Assembly: GCF_006345805.1 (NCBI RefSeq)
Contig: NC_042998.1
Location: 9,796,001-9,860,000 of the forward strand
Length of the DNA: 64,000 bases
DNA from: Octopus sinensis
Lineage: Eukaryota
Direction: 5' to 3'
Shown: positions 24,571 through 36,490 of the stretch, piece by piece
Layout: the number at the start of each line of letters is the position of its first letter
How positions within the stretch are numbered: the first letter of the stretch is position 1
Translations under genes and position numbers: made by a program
The notes under the pieces: model-generated
Databases searched by the model: none
The model's input: the letters and a program-made list of their open reading frames with translations, nothing else
What the model was told of the DNA's origin: nothing

Positions 24571-25232
24571 AATAGAAATATTAAAATAACTAAGTCTCTC
24601 TAAAAGAGAACAGCGGCAGCGTTCCCGGAAAATAATAGTTATCGCCATACTAATATGGCATTCTTATAAAAATAAGAAAAAAGCTGTCCGCTTATTAGCT
24701 CCATGAGGCCATCGCCTTAAGTTAGCTATTTGATACACAAACTGTATCCATATAACCTTCGAACAAGGGAGGTCAGTCGCTCCACACTACTTGACCGGCA
24801 GCTACAGACGCGTTTCGGGGTATTGCCCCTTTTCAATGCAGCGTAGCCAGCCAGTAGGTGTCGCTTCCGACAATCTCTGTTCGATGGTTTTATTTACCTA
24901 GTTTCGGTGGAATACATCCACTTGTTTTCAATAATAGAAATATTAAAATAACTAAGTCTCTCTAAAAGAGAACAGCAGCAGCGTTCCCGGAAAATAATAG
25001 TTATCGCCATACTAATATGGCATTCTTATAAAAATAAGAAAAAAGCTGTCCGCTTATTAGCTCCATGAGGCCATCACCTTAAGTTAGCTATTTGATACAC
25101 AAACTGTATCCATATAACCTTCGAACAAGGGAGGTCAGTCGCTCCACACTACTTGGAGCTAATAAGCGGACAGCTTTTTTCTTATTTTTATAAGAATGCC
25201 ATATTAGTATGGCGATAACTATTATTTTATAT
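24571..25232 (-). mobile_element. Retrozyme-like or Penelope pLTR-like tandem repeat (362-bp period, ~1.6 units) plus inverted 80-bp fragment
   Basis: 24571-24793 repeats at 24933-25155; 25154-25232 is the revcomp of part of the unit; (TA)n on both sides; hammerhead inside. Confidence 0.75.
24801..24842 (-). ncRNA. Minimal type I hammerhead ribozyme, U3:A8 core variant
   Basis: Minus: GCUGCA UUGAAAA GGGG caaua CCCC GAAAC GC GUC UGUAGC; 6-bp helix I, 4-bp helix II, palindromic helix III ACGCGU. Confidence 0.8.
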
Positions 25233-26659
25233 ATATATATTTATATATATACATACATATATATATATGTCCCACTCCTGAACTATATGGTCGTTATATT
25301 GACGACATTATCGGTGCCACCTCACTCTCCCGCGAACATCTAGATTCCTTCCTCTCTTTCGTCCAATCTTTCCATCCAGCCCTCCACTTCACTTCCATTA
25401 TCTCCAACACCTCTGTCTCCTTCCTCGACATTTCCGTTAGCATTCTTCACTCCACTCTTACCACCTCCATTCACTACAAACACACAGACTCACACTCATA
25501 CCTCAACTTCTCTTCCTCCACCAGAACACACCAAGCTTTCCATCCCCTATTCCCAATTCCTCCGTCTACGTAGGCTCTGTAGTGACGACCATGACTTTGA
25601 GACTCAGTCTCAACGTATGGCTCACCACTTCACCCTACGTGGATACCCCCTCACCACTATCCACACCGCCCTTGCCAGAGCACGGTCCGTGGACCGTGTA
25701 TCTGCTCTCTCTCCCCGAACCCGCCCTGTAGTCTCCCGCCTCCCTTTTCCCCTCACTTACCACCCCACGACCCTACGTCTCCAACGCACCATTCTTCGAG
25801 CTTTCCGTCATCTCCAGTCCGACCCGTCCACTTCACACCTCTTCCCTAACCGACCCCTCCTCTCTTTCAAACGAGCCCACAACCTTCGAGACCTTTTGGT
25901 CCATAGCTCCTTCCCTGACCCTACCTCCCAACCCGGCTCGTTCCCCTGCTCCCGCCCACGTTGCCGCACTTGCCCTTACCTCTCCAACACCACCCGCCTC
26001 ACTAGCACCCACCATCGACCCTATCCCATCATCCACTCCTTCACCTGCACCTCCAGCAATATTATCTATTGCATCTCTTGCTCTCTCTGCAATTCCTTGT
26101 ACATCGGACAAACGGGACGCCGCTTGGCTGACCGGTTCGCGGAACACCTTCGTGACATCCACCTTGCGAACGACACACCGGTCTCACGCCATTTCCGCTC
26201 CACCGGTCACTCCTTGCAACACCTATCTGTGTTCGGTTTGTCCTTACACAGAGGCCATCCGGATTCCCGTTTGCGCCGTGAACAGGAATTAATCTTCTCT
26301 CTTCGCTCTTATACGCCATTTGGTCTCAACTCTCCCCCCCTCCTCATCTAACCCCCCTCTCCCCCCTCCTCACCTATCCTTTCTCCCCCGACCCCTACTT
26401 CTTCAGTCCTTCATCCTTTCACCCCTACTCCCCTTCCCTTCTTCCCTCTTTCTCCCTCCCTCTTCCCCTTCCCTCTGCTCCCTCACTCCCTCTCTCCCCC
26501 TCTCCCTCTTTCCTCCTTCATCCCCCTCCTCCCCTTCCTTCTCCCCCATCCTCTCCTCTTCCCCCTTCTCCTCCTCCTCTTCTTCCCCTCGCCTTCTCTC
26601 CCCCTCCCCCTCTTCTCCTCACTACACCACATGACTTTACACATCACATCACATATGAT

Positions 26660-26891
26660 GTGCCATACTAATACACACACCAACTAATACATACTAATAC
26701 ATACCAGTACATACTAATACTTACACCAACCCTATACATACACACGTCCAGACCCCGCATACGCACTTATACTCTCTCACACACACACACACACCTATAC
26801 ATACCAATACGTACTAATACATACTAATACATACTAATACATACACCAACCCCATACATACGCACGTCCAGACCAATCTTACGCACTAATA

Positions 26892-26922
<31 letters not shown>

Positions 26923-26985
26923 CCTTATACATACTAATACATACACCAACCCTATACATACACACATCCAGACCCCTCCCACGCA
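26660..26985 (+). repeat. ~3-unit minisatellite in the Penelope 3' region
   Basis: Recurring catactaatacatacaccaaccc..atacatac..acgtccagacc. Confidence 0.75.
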
Positions 26986-27159
26986 CTTTTAGCTGGTCCC
27001 TCAACCCATTTATCAACCCTATTATCTCCCCTTATTTCGCTCTCGCGTCTCATGTTTGATCTTTGACCTCTGGCCGAAATCAGATCGCCATGTTGATTCG
27101 TTAGCTACTGCACGCATTTTTTTTCTCTCCTTCTTTCTGTGTTTTTCTCTCTCTGTGTA

Positions 27160-27197
27160 TCTTTCTGTTGAAGAGCGTAGGCTCGAAACGTTAAAGA
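27160..27197 (+). ncRNA. Penelope pLTR minimal hammerhead, CUGUUGA core variant
   Basis: UCUUU CUGUUGA A GAGC guag GCUC GAAAC GU U AAAGA; 5-bp helix I, palindromic helix III ACGU. Confidence 0.7.
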
Positions 27198-27294
27198 CTT
27201 GTTTTATTTATATTTCCTGAGCGCCATACTAATACAATTGTTCGTTTGTTTTCCACCTGCCTTCGTCTTTTGTTTATTTTCATAAAGCTTCCCG

Positions 27295-27376
<82 letters not shown>

Positions 27377-27770
27377 CTAGCAGTATCGCCCGGCGTTGCT
27401 CGGGTTGTAAGGGAAATAACTATATAAGCATTTTTAGAGAGTTATAGCCAAAAAATAGCAAAAAAATGCATTAAAAATTGAAAAAAAATTAAGGTAAATT
27501 TTTTTTTAAATCGTTGACACATCGTAGATATTTTTAGAGAGTTACTTCCCTTATATAAAAGCGAAAAAATGCATTAAAATGGAAAAATATGATGGTAAAT
27601 TTTTTTAAAATCGTAGACTCATCGTAGACGCACGCTAATACCCAGAAGGGCTCGATATGAATCACGACTATAAGATACCCGCTTTTGGTTAAACTGCACC
27701 GCAAAATGTGGGAGTAGTTAGGAATCTAAATCGTAGGAGACAGACACACAACTTCACTCTTATATAAAGA
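27377..27770 (-). mobile_element. Non-autonomous Helitron
   Basis: Same termini and body as 13187-13475; inserted in (TA)n. Confidence 0.85.
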
Positions 27771-28211
27771 TGCTTTTTTTTTTTCAGTCATAGAGTTAGA
27801 TTTATGAAGGTCTTCAGTAGAAAATCCTTCGAATTCTGACTCGCTGCTTGATATAATGAAATTCGTATCCATTTTTTGTCAGAATTACAAATTTTGAAAA
27901 CACAATAGGAACAAATTTCGGAAAAAAATCTCCCATAATTCACGGAATTAAAATTACACTTCGATTTTTGTACAAAACTGTAGTTGAAGTGTTTACGAAG
28001 TATAATATGTGTTTTCACGAATGTACTAAAGAGATTTGCTCTGATATTCTCATTTAAATATGAATAGGTAAATTCGGGTGGCTTGGTAACGAAAGGGTTA
28101 AACGGATGCATACATTTATTAATCTCTTATTATAATAACTATATATAAGTGTTGTCTGTTTATACATAAACACTGTTTCATACTGCAATTATATATACAT
28201 ATATCTATATA

Positions 28212-28490
28212 TCTCTTATTATAAAAGGCAGATTTTATCTGCCTCCCTTTGGGAGTTATACAAATCTACAATATAGGATTTCTTCAATTACAATTTACCT
28301 AGCATTTTTAAGAGTACAATGCATTGCGTCATGCCAGGTCCACTTTTTAAAATTTAAACTCCAATTAAGCAAAATTTACAGAAAACTCACATTCTGGTGT
28401 GTGTGTCAAATGCTTTTCTTAGTCTGGTTTACACCACACGCAAACGCACACACACAGTGGGCAACGAATAAAATGAAAGTAATTCACTTA
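28212..28490 (+). mobile_element. Helitron-like 5' portion (inverted partner at 30812-31083)
   Basis: A|TCtcttattataaaaggcag..; ~275 bp match to the revcomp of 30812-31083. Confidence 0.65.
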
Positions 28491-28722
28491 CTGTAGTGAG
28501 TGATTCTTTCACTCTGCCTCCCACTTCCTCTTTCCACACATAGACACGCAAATATATAAATAAAATTGTAAGCTAACGTGCGTGTGTGTGAGTGTGTGTG
28601 TGTGTGCGTGTGCGCGTGTGTGTGTGTGTGAGGGTGCGTGTGTGTGTGTGTGCGTGTGCGTGAGTGTGTGACAGGAAAGTTTTTTACGACGAATATAAGA
28701 CCTATATCCAAGTAGCAGAAAG

Positions 28723-28985
28723 ATAAGACAGTAAGGTGTGATTTGAGGGAGATTTGGCTGCTATTTCTACCATATCTAGCTGCCATGTAGGGGTCTCCCT
28801 CATAGGCTCATACATACATATATACATAGATAAGACAGTAAGGTGTGATTTGGGGGAAATTTGGCTGCTATTTCTACCAGGTCTAGCTACCATGTAGAGG
28901 TCCCCCTCATTGGCTCATATATATATACATACATAAGACAGTAAGGTGTGATTTGAGGGAGATTTGGCTGCTATTTCTACCAGGT
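28723..28985 (+). repeat. 3-unit tandem repeat, 103-107-bp period
   Basis: ataagacagtaaggtgtgatttgagggagatttggctgctatttctac at 28723, 28830 and 28933. Confidence 0.85.
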
Positions 28986-29061
28986 CTGTTAGGCCTTCTC
29001 ATGTAAACTCAAGCTTTCTCATGCCTTGAACATAAGACCAAAGCAGAGAATGTATTCTTTT

Positions 29062-29330
29062 ATTCTTCTGCTTTTTCCAGCCATTGGTCTGTGGCCATGC
29101 TGGGGCAATGCCTTGAAGAATTGTAGTTTAATGAATCAACTCCAGTTTTATTTTTGTAAGCATTGTACTTATTCTATCTGTTTCCTTTGTCAAACCACTA
29201 GGTGACAGGGATGTAAACAAACCAACATTTGTTGTCAAGCAGTGGTGGAGGACAATCACAAGCACACACACGCACACACACACACATACATGCATACACA
29301 TATACACACATACATACATACATATATATA
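29062..29330 (-). mobile_element. SINE family A, degenerate 3' half
   Basis: ggccatgctggggcaatgcc..gtgacagggatgtaaacaaacc..tgtcaagcag. Confidence 0.6.
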
Positions 29331-29766
29331 TATGTGTGTATATATATATTGCAGCGTGGAAGGTGTTTGTAAGCCATTTAAGAAACACACAAAAACCGTT
29401 AGATTCACTTCAACATTTAAATTTAATTTGCCAAAATATTTTCGTCGCTTTGAGACCACGACCTGTTCACTGACAAAAATATCGTGCTAACAGGTCGCAG
29501 TCTCAAAGCGACGAAAATATTTTGACAAATTAATTTAAATGTTGAAGTGAATCTAACGGTTTTTGTGTGTTTCTTAAATGGCTTATAAACACCTTCAACG
29601 CTGCAACTGTTTTCGTTCCAGCACACGATCTCAGATCAAGTCACTTGCTATGCAAGTACATCTCTGTAACTATATATATATTTATATATATATATATGTA
29701 TATTGGTAAAAACAGTAAGATAACAAAAGAAAGAAAGAGACCTCAATATTATGTAAATAGAGGAAA

Positions 29767-30161
29767 TCTTTATATATAAAAGTGAGGTTGTGTGTCTGTC
29801 TCCTACGATTTAGATTCCTAACTACTCCCACATTTTGCGGTGCAGTTTAACCAAAACCGGGTATCTTATAGTCGTGATTCATATCGAGACCGTCTGGGTA
29901 TTAGCGCGCGTCTACGATGAGTCTACGATTTAAAAAAAAATTTACCATCAATTTTTCCCATTTTTAATCCATTTTTGACATATATAAGGGAAGTAACTCT
30001 CTTAAATTTATTATTAAATCTCAGAACGTAAAAAGCTACAGTAACACCCCTCCCCCTTTGTGGTTAGCCATATTGAGATGGCTATTATACTTTACATCTC
30101 TAAAAATGCTTATATAATTATTTCCCTTACAAACCCGAGCAACGCCAGGCGATACTGCTAG
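29767..30161 (+). mobile_element. Non-autonomous Helitron (variant with ~95-bp insert)
   Basis: A|TC..CTAG|T; insert shared with 39030-39432. Confidence 0.87.
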
Positions 30162-30183
30162 TAATATTATATAATAAAATATA

Positions 30184-30470
30184 TACAGAGTCAAATAAAA
30201 ACCAATTTACTTTTTCTGTCCGTCCGTGTGTCTTTGCAAATGTGTTGGAATGATAAGTGAGTTGTGATTTGGCGCCTTTTTTACTAATAACAAACACACA
30301 CGTGTTTCTATGTAGTTGTATGTGTATACAGAGTCAAATAAAAACCAATTTACCTTTTCTGTCCATCCGTGTGTCTTTGCAAATGTGTTGGAATGATAAG
30401 TGAGTTGTGATTTGGCGCCTTTTTTACTAATAACAAACACACACGTGTTTCTATGTAGTTGTATGTGTAT
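30184..30470 (+). repeat. 2-unit tandem duplication, 143-bp period
   Basis: cagagtcaaataaaaaccaatttac at 30186 and 30329. Confidence 0.85.
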
Positions 30471-30811
30471 GTAGTTGTATGTAGTTGTATATGTATGTGT
30501 ATGCGTGTGTGTGAGGAATGACACACACACACTCACGCACGCACACATGTACATCAATGCTTTCGGAGTGATATGTTAAAATATTGAGTTTTCTCGAATT
30601 TTGTCTTAATTGGTGGTAAAATTGAAAGAAATTTTTTATGGCATCACCCACTGAAGTACTCTGAAAAATCTTAGGTAAACTCTAATTGAAGAAATTGTGT
30701 GAGGAGTAAATCGTTATGTATTTATTTGTTTCTGTTTGCTGTGTTTCTTTATTTTTTGAGTAGTGGTTTAAATACTTTCAGTTTAGTCTTCCTCAAATCA
30801 CTCTGTCGCTA

Positions 30812-31083
30812 TTTACTTTCATTTTATTCGTTGCACACTGTGTGTGTGCGTTTGCGTGTGCTGTAAACCAGACTAAGAAAAGCATTTGACACACACACCA
30901 GAATGTGAGTTTTCTGTAAATTTTGCTTAATTGGAGTTTAAATTTTAAAAACTGGACCTGGTATGACGCGATGCATTGTACTCTTAAAAATGCTAGGTAA
31001 ATTGTAATTGAAGAAATCCTATATTGTAGATTTCTATAACTCCCAAAGGGAGGCAGATAAAATCTGCCTTTTATAATAAGAGA
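30812..31083 (-). mobile_element. Helitron-like 5' portion
   Basis: Inverted copy of 28212-28490. Confidence 0.65.
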
Positions 31084-31489
31084 TATATCATTTTTTACCC
31101 CTCTGCAAAAAGATCTCAGAATTTTAATTGATTTGCTTTTCGCAGGAAGGAAAGTTTTCTTGTCGAAGATACGTCTCGCTTTTATCCTTCGAAACGTAGA
31201 GTAGATGAAACCTTTAGCGACTGAAGAAGGGTATTTTTATTTGTGTTAATTGTCCTGTACTCTATTTTTTTTGCTGTTTTTAAATAAATGTCCAGTTCCT
31301 TTGGTTTGTGTCTATGTTTTCGTTTCTCGTTGTGTTCGACGTCCTTTTGGTGTCCTGTACTCATATATGCGTGTATATGTACATGTAGAGGTAGGTACGT
31401 ACATATATGTTTATATATATGCATATGTTTTATTTTATTTATTAATATATATATATATGCCAACCACCTTGCTTGCGAAGACATGTTGG

Positions 31490-31858
31490 GGCAAGCGAAA
31501 TCGAAATCGAATTGAACCAGCCAGGATCCCTGGTCTGGTGGTACATAAAAAGCACCATCCGACTCGTGGCCGATGCCAGCACCGCCTTGTCTGGCTTCCG
31601 TGCCGGTGGCACATAAAATACACCAATCCGACCGTGGCCGTTGCCAGCCTCGCCTGGCACCTGTGCAGGTGGCACGTAAAAAGCACCCACTACACTCACG
31701 GAGTGGTTGGTGTTAGGAAGGGCATCCAGCTGTAGAAACACTGCCAGATAAGACTGGAGCCTGGTGCAGCCTTCTGGCTTCCCAGATCCCCGGTCGAACC
31801 GTCCAACCCATGCTAGCATGGAGAACGGACGTTAAATGATGATGATGATGATGATGAA
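31490..31858 (+). mobile_element. RTE 3' UTR-derived copy (3 hairpin units)
   Basis: gaaatcgaaatcga start, hairpin units, (GAT)n tail. Confidence 0.87.
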
Positions 31859-31859
31859 C

Positions 31860-32042
31860 GATATATATATATATATGTATATATATGTATATATATATAT
31901 ACATATATATGACAGGCTTCTTCCAGTTTCCGTCGACCAAATTCACTCACAAGGCTTTGGTCAACCTGAGGCTATAGTAGAAGACACTTGCCCAAGGTGC
32001 CATGTGGTTGGTAAGCAAGCTACTTACCACACAGCCACTCCT
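31860..32042 (-). mobile_element. SINE family A 5' part with internal deletion
   Basis: gacaggcttcttccagtttccg..cacttgcccaaggtgcc|atgtggttggtaagc. Confidence 0.8.
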
Positions 32043-32574
32043 GTTAAATGATGATGATGATGATGATGAGAACTTATTCACAAAACAACACATATACATG
32101 CACACACAAACACATTCATACAATTCAAACATTCTACAATCAAAGGCGATTTGGACTTTTAATGAAAAGCAGTCGACTTCATTCTGAAATTAATGCATAT
32201 AATGAGGAGGTGAAGTAGAAGAGGCTGGGATATACTCATTAGCTGATGGAAATAAAGAAGTCATTAGGAAAAGGAGGTGGTCATTGATTTGAATACATCA
32301 AGCATTAATGTATTATATTATATCCATAATATGGCTGAGTGACGTACTTCAGAGGAATGCTCTGTTTACTAAATACACATACTGTACAGTCTCAAATACA
32401 GTGAGTGGAAGAAAGATTACCCACACATGAAGAAGATAGAAACTCCCCCAAGTAGTGTTTAAAATCTAAGGGAGACAACTTAAATATGCTCAACTAGCCA
32501 AAAGTTTCCAGAGAAAACAGACAATCCCTCTCTCTCTCTCTCTTTCGGAGAGGCACTGAGCACCTACACGCACA

Positions 32575-32741
32575 TATACACACACGGCAGTAACTTCCAC
32601 CTACCGAATTCAATCACAAAGCTTCGGTCGGTTCGGGGCTATAGCGGAAGACACCTACCCAGAGTGCCACGCAGTGGGACTGAACCCAAAACCATATAGC
32701 TAGGAAGCAAGCTCCCTAAACATACAGCCATGCCCGCGCCT
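32575..32741 (-). mobile_element. Diverged SINE family A-like head
   Basis: gtgccacgcagtgggactgaacc..cagccatgcccgcgcc. Confidence 0.65.
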
Positions 32742-35242
32742 CAAAATGTATGCACATATACGCAGCGCTAAGCGTGTGGCAAGCTTTCTACAGCCGGATG
32801 CCATTGATCAGTTCAAAATCTTGACACTAAGCAGAATATGGTTAGTTGAGGAGGTTTAATAAGACTAAAACATGTCTTTTATTGAAATTAGCTTTAGATA
32901 CCAGATTCTCTTACATTGGTCTTTAGTTTTCAAAAATTTCAATTGGTTGATCTTTACCTTGGATGCTGCTTTTGTATTTTAAATACCTCTGTTTCATTAT
33001 GGCATGAATAATATCAATCAAAGTTTTTTTCCCCCTTTTTTCTTGGCTGTCTCCCAGCTGTATCACAACTTCACAATTGTCTGAAAGGAGAAAGTAAAGT
33101 TGATGGAGCTGCTGGGGAAGATAAAACCAGATAAGAAAATCATTTTATTAGCTGGAGATGAGATAAAAGACTTGTTCTGTACATAAAAAAAAAAAATTAT
33201 TAGTGTGAATCACACTGAAAGTCTATTAACAGCTAAGGGGATTCATTCATTCTCTCCAGAGGACATCATAGCTGAAAGTACTAGTGGTTCCCTTCTGGTC
33301 CTCCAAAGAGGGGTAAAAAGACAAAAAGAGCTCTGGGTCGAGTATCCACTAATTCTATTAATTTCCCATTGACTAGAAGGAACTATGGCACAATGGAAAA
33401 TAAGATTTGTGAATACATGTAGCTGGTGACAGTCAGGCAGTACTGCCACCCATTCAACAATCTCAAATAATCTGATTTGTGCTTTTCCTGGTAGACTACA
33501 AGGCATGCTTTCTTTCAACCATCCTGAGTTGCGTGAAGTGACTGGGTTGTTTAAGAAAAGCCTAGAAAAACCTCTTTGTGAGTAATGATGGCTTCAGTGT
33601 CTACATTGACAGTCTGCTGTGAATCATGGCACAGAAAGTACAGTAGTTGGGAAAATTACATTCTAGTTACTGGTATAGTGGAAGGTGTCTCTGCCTGCAT
33701 GGGAAGTATATGTAACGATAAAGTTTTCAGCTGAAGTCGAGGGTCACCAATTGTTGGTAATGTAACTTCAGAAAGCAGCAATTCTTTTTCCATGGGGTCA
33801 CCAATTGGTAGCAGGAGGAATTGATTTGTAAACAATAATATGAAATGTAGGAGTCAGCAATTGTAATGATAAAAATTTGTTGTTATAATTGCATATTGTA
33901 GGATGTGAAAGATGGACAATGCATGAAATTTTAAGGGAATATTTATTTACTGTTATGTTGAAAAATACCTTGCCTCGATGGGCAGGTTATGATAAATCCA
34001 AAAGCATGCGAAGTGAAGTTTGTGTTTGTGTCCTCTTCATTGTTTAGTAGTAGTTACAGAGAGAGCTAGAATGATGTTATAAGAGAATAGAATTAGAGCT
34101 AGTGAGAGTTGTAGGGTGTTGTCTCACAGTTGCTGACAGTGAACTTCATTTCTCCCTCTGACCAAGGTTCTAGCTGGTCAGCCACACTTCGTTGTCACTA
34201 AAGTGACTGACTGGTTGAGTCGTCACCGATTGAATTCATTGAGTTGCCACTGACTGATTTTTGCTTGGGGTGTTCTTGCTTTTATAACTATCCAGAAGGA
34301 TAAACGTATCATTGAGAACAATAGATTTAGTTGGTGGTCTTGTTATCTCTATTCTAGCTTTTGGTGAAGTAGAAGAGGTTAGAAAGGGTCAAGTGGTGAA
34401 GACATTATTTCAGCCTAGCTAAAGGCAATCTGGCGAATGTCAAACTGCTGTCACAGAAAAACCATTGTTCTACTGTGGGAAATGTTCTGTTGAAGTGTTA
34501 ATTTAAATTGCAAGATCCACTACATATATCTCTGGGTCTGGATGGTTTTCCATGTGAAATTCATTGTTAGTGCCTGTTTTGGAAGACCACTACCTCAACT
34601 GGCATCAAAGCAGGAGAATTCCCTGTTTTAGGAACTGGTAAGTGCTGGCGGTATTGAAGAAGAATGTGAGAACTGTGAGCATGTTAGACAATTTCAGGTC
34701 CTCAATTCTGCTGAATGCTGAATTTTGGCCAAGGTGTTAAATAAATAAATAAATACATAATTAATTAATTAAAAGCAAAATGCATTTGTCACAGATATCA
34801 GGTATGGCCTAGCTGGTGTAGTCACCTTTTGTGATGCATGTCTTTCTGTAACTCATCTCTTTGACAGAATTACAGCTTTAATGCAAGCATAAACCAAAAT
34901 TGGGAACTTTGCTTCTGGAAAGTTGTAAATAGCTCACATTCCTCTTCCAGTTTGGCAATGGAGTTAGTAAACTGACAATGGCAATACTAACATTTTATCA
35001 TTCTAGAGGGTTAATAGCAGTGAGTGATGTCATTATCAAAGAGACTTTGGGTATCAACAAAGATCAACAGCCTATGTAATTCAGTCTGAAGTACTTTCCA
35101 AAATGAGCAATGAGTGACAGAGGCATTTTCCATTGATACATTCAGTGTTCAAACATTGCTAACATGTGATGCTATGGACAACAATGTCATCACAAGCAGA
35201 TATATTTATATGGCTTGATGACAGATCTCTATCTGCCTAACA

Positions 35243-35580
35243 AAGTGGTTCTCAACCATTTTTTATCTATGGAACTCTTTGATTACTATTTTATACTCAT
35301 AGACTCCCCCACCATAGCCATTCGATGTTTATAAACTAGTTTTATAGATATTTCTTTCAAAATTCCTATTTTGTTATTCACACATTTACTTGTGTAGGCT
35401 GAAATAAGGGAGAGAGAAAAACCTAGCTGTTTCGTGCAAGAAACACATCTCAAGCAAAAATTTTTTCTGGGCCTTAACATTCTCTGTTTTTCTCCCAATT
35501 TACTATTTTGCTTTTGTAGGTATCTAAAAATCTGATATTGACCCTCAGGGGGTCATGTGGACCCTGGTTGAGAACCACTG
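35243..35580. mobile_element. hAT (Charlie-like) MITE
   Basis: TIRs (a)agtggttctcaacc / ggttgagaaccactg; 8-bp flanks gcctaaca / gtctaagc match only partly. Confidence 0.7.
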
Positions 35581-35694
35581 GTCTAAGCAATGCTCATTAA
35601 TTTCCTCAAGTATCACTTGAAACGGAAAGTGAGGATGGAGTAAAAAATGCTTCCTTTGAGCAAATTCAATGAAAAGTGAGTGCTAATAATAACA

Positions 35695-36490
35695 ACAACA
35701 ACAATAATAATAATAATGAAATTATTGTATACAGTGCTCAGGTGCACCACAACTTGTCAAAAGTGCGTATAAAGCATATGCAGTAATATACAAATGCCTG
35801 GAAAGTGAACAGTGTATGAGTCAGATAAATGCTTGCGTGTGTATGGAGGGGAGAAAATCAGGTGTAGTGTTGGCGAATCTCAGGAAGCATGGAAGTTTTG
35901 AAGGATGCAGTGCTCTGACAACTAACAACTGATGCAGGCAGTTTGTTCCATACTTCAGCAACTCTTAGCTTGAAAAAATGTTTCTGAAAGTCATGGAAGA
36001 CTTTGTAAACATGTCCACAGGTGTTAGACAGGTGGAGTTTGAAAAGGTGCTCAGAGTTTTTGTTTGTAAGATGGTTAATAATTTTATGGGTGTCTGCTAA
36101 GACATCAGAGTTTCAATGTATCCATGCCCAGGGAAGTAAGGCATTCAGAATATGGCAGATGCCTGATGGAGGGTATTCTCTTGGTTGCACATCGCTGAAC
36201 GGTTTCCAGATGATTAATATCCTGGGCAAGATAGTGGTTCGACATCGGTGATGCAAATTCCAGGTGAGGCCACACAATAGCTATATAAAACCTCAGATAG
36301 ATAGCCAGAGAGCGGCTCACAAAGGACTTGGTAAATGATGCCAAGACACCCTCAGCCTTCTTGGCAATTTTAGCAATGTGTTTTGTCCAACGCAAATCGC
36401 TGTCGACAATAATGCCCAGGTCACGTTCACAAGAAGACTTTTTGAGATTAATGTTGCGGAGAGAGTAAGTAGATGCTGGGTTTTTCCTAA
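35695..36490 (-). mobile_element. CR1-type LINE fragment with internal deletions
   Basis: ORF 36105..36509 (DLGIIVDSDLRW..HLEFASP..VQRCATK) and family tail. Confidence 0.88.

Larger units (their letters stand above)
25270..27296 (+). mobile_element. Penelope-like element (Neptune-like), 5'-truncated: RT C-terminal half + GIY-YIG endonuclease + 3' pLTR
   Basis: YGRYIDDI, FLDI, TDSHSYL, IPYSQFLRLRRLCS, CSRPRCRTC, IIYCISC..LYIGQTGRRLADRFAEH..; one frameshift near 25520; stop at 26351; flanked by (TA)n. Confidence 0.93.

Noticed and set aside
31150-31230. Hammerhead-like pieces (ttcttgtcgaaga..cttcgaaacgta and ctgaagaaggg)
   Set aside because: No permutation gives a core plus paired helices I and II in the correct register; at best a decayed pLTR relic.
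31630-31690. HDV-like ribozyme reading of gccagcctcgcctggc units
   Set aside because: The loop varies between units, and I could not build P1, P1.1, P2 or a proper J4/2.
33240-35240. Very old CR1-like relic or ORF 33243-33518
   Set aside because: Only scattered, doubtful motif traces; boundaries and class cannot be defended.
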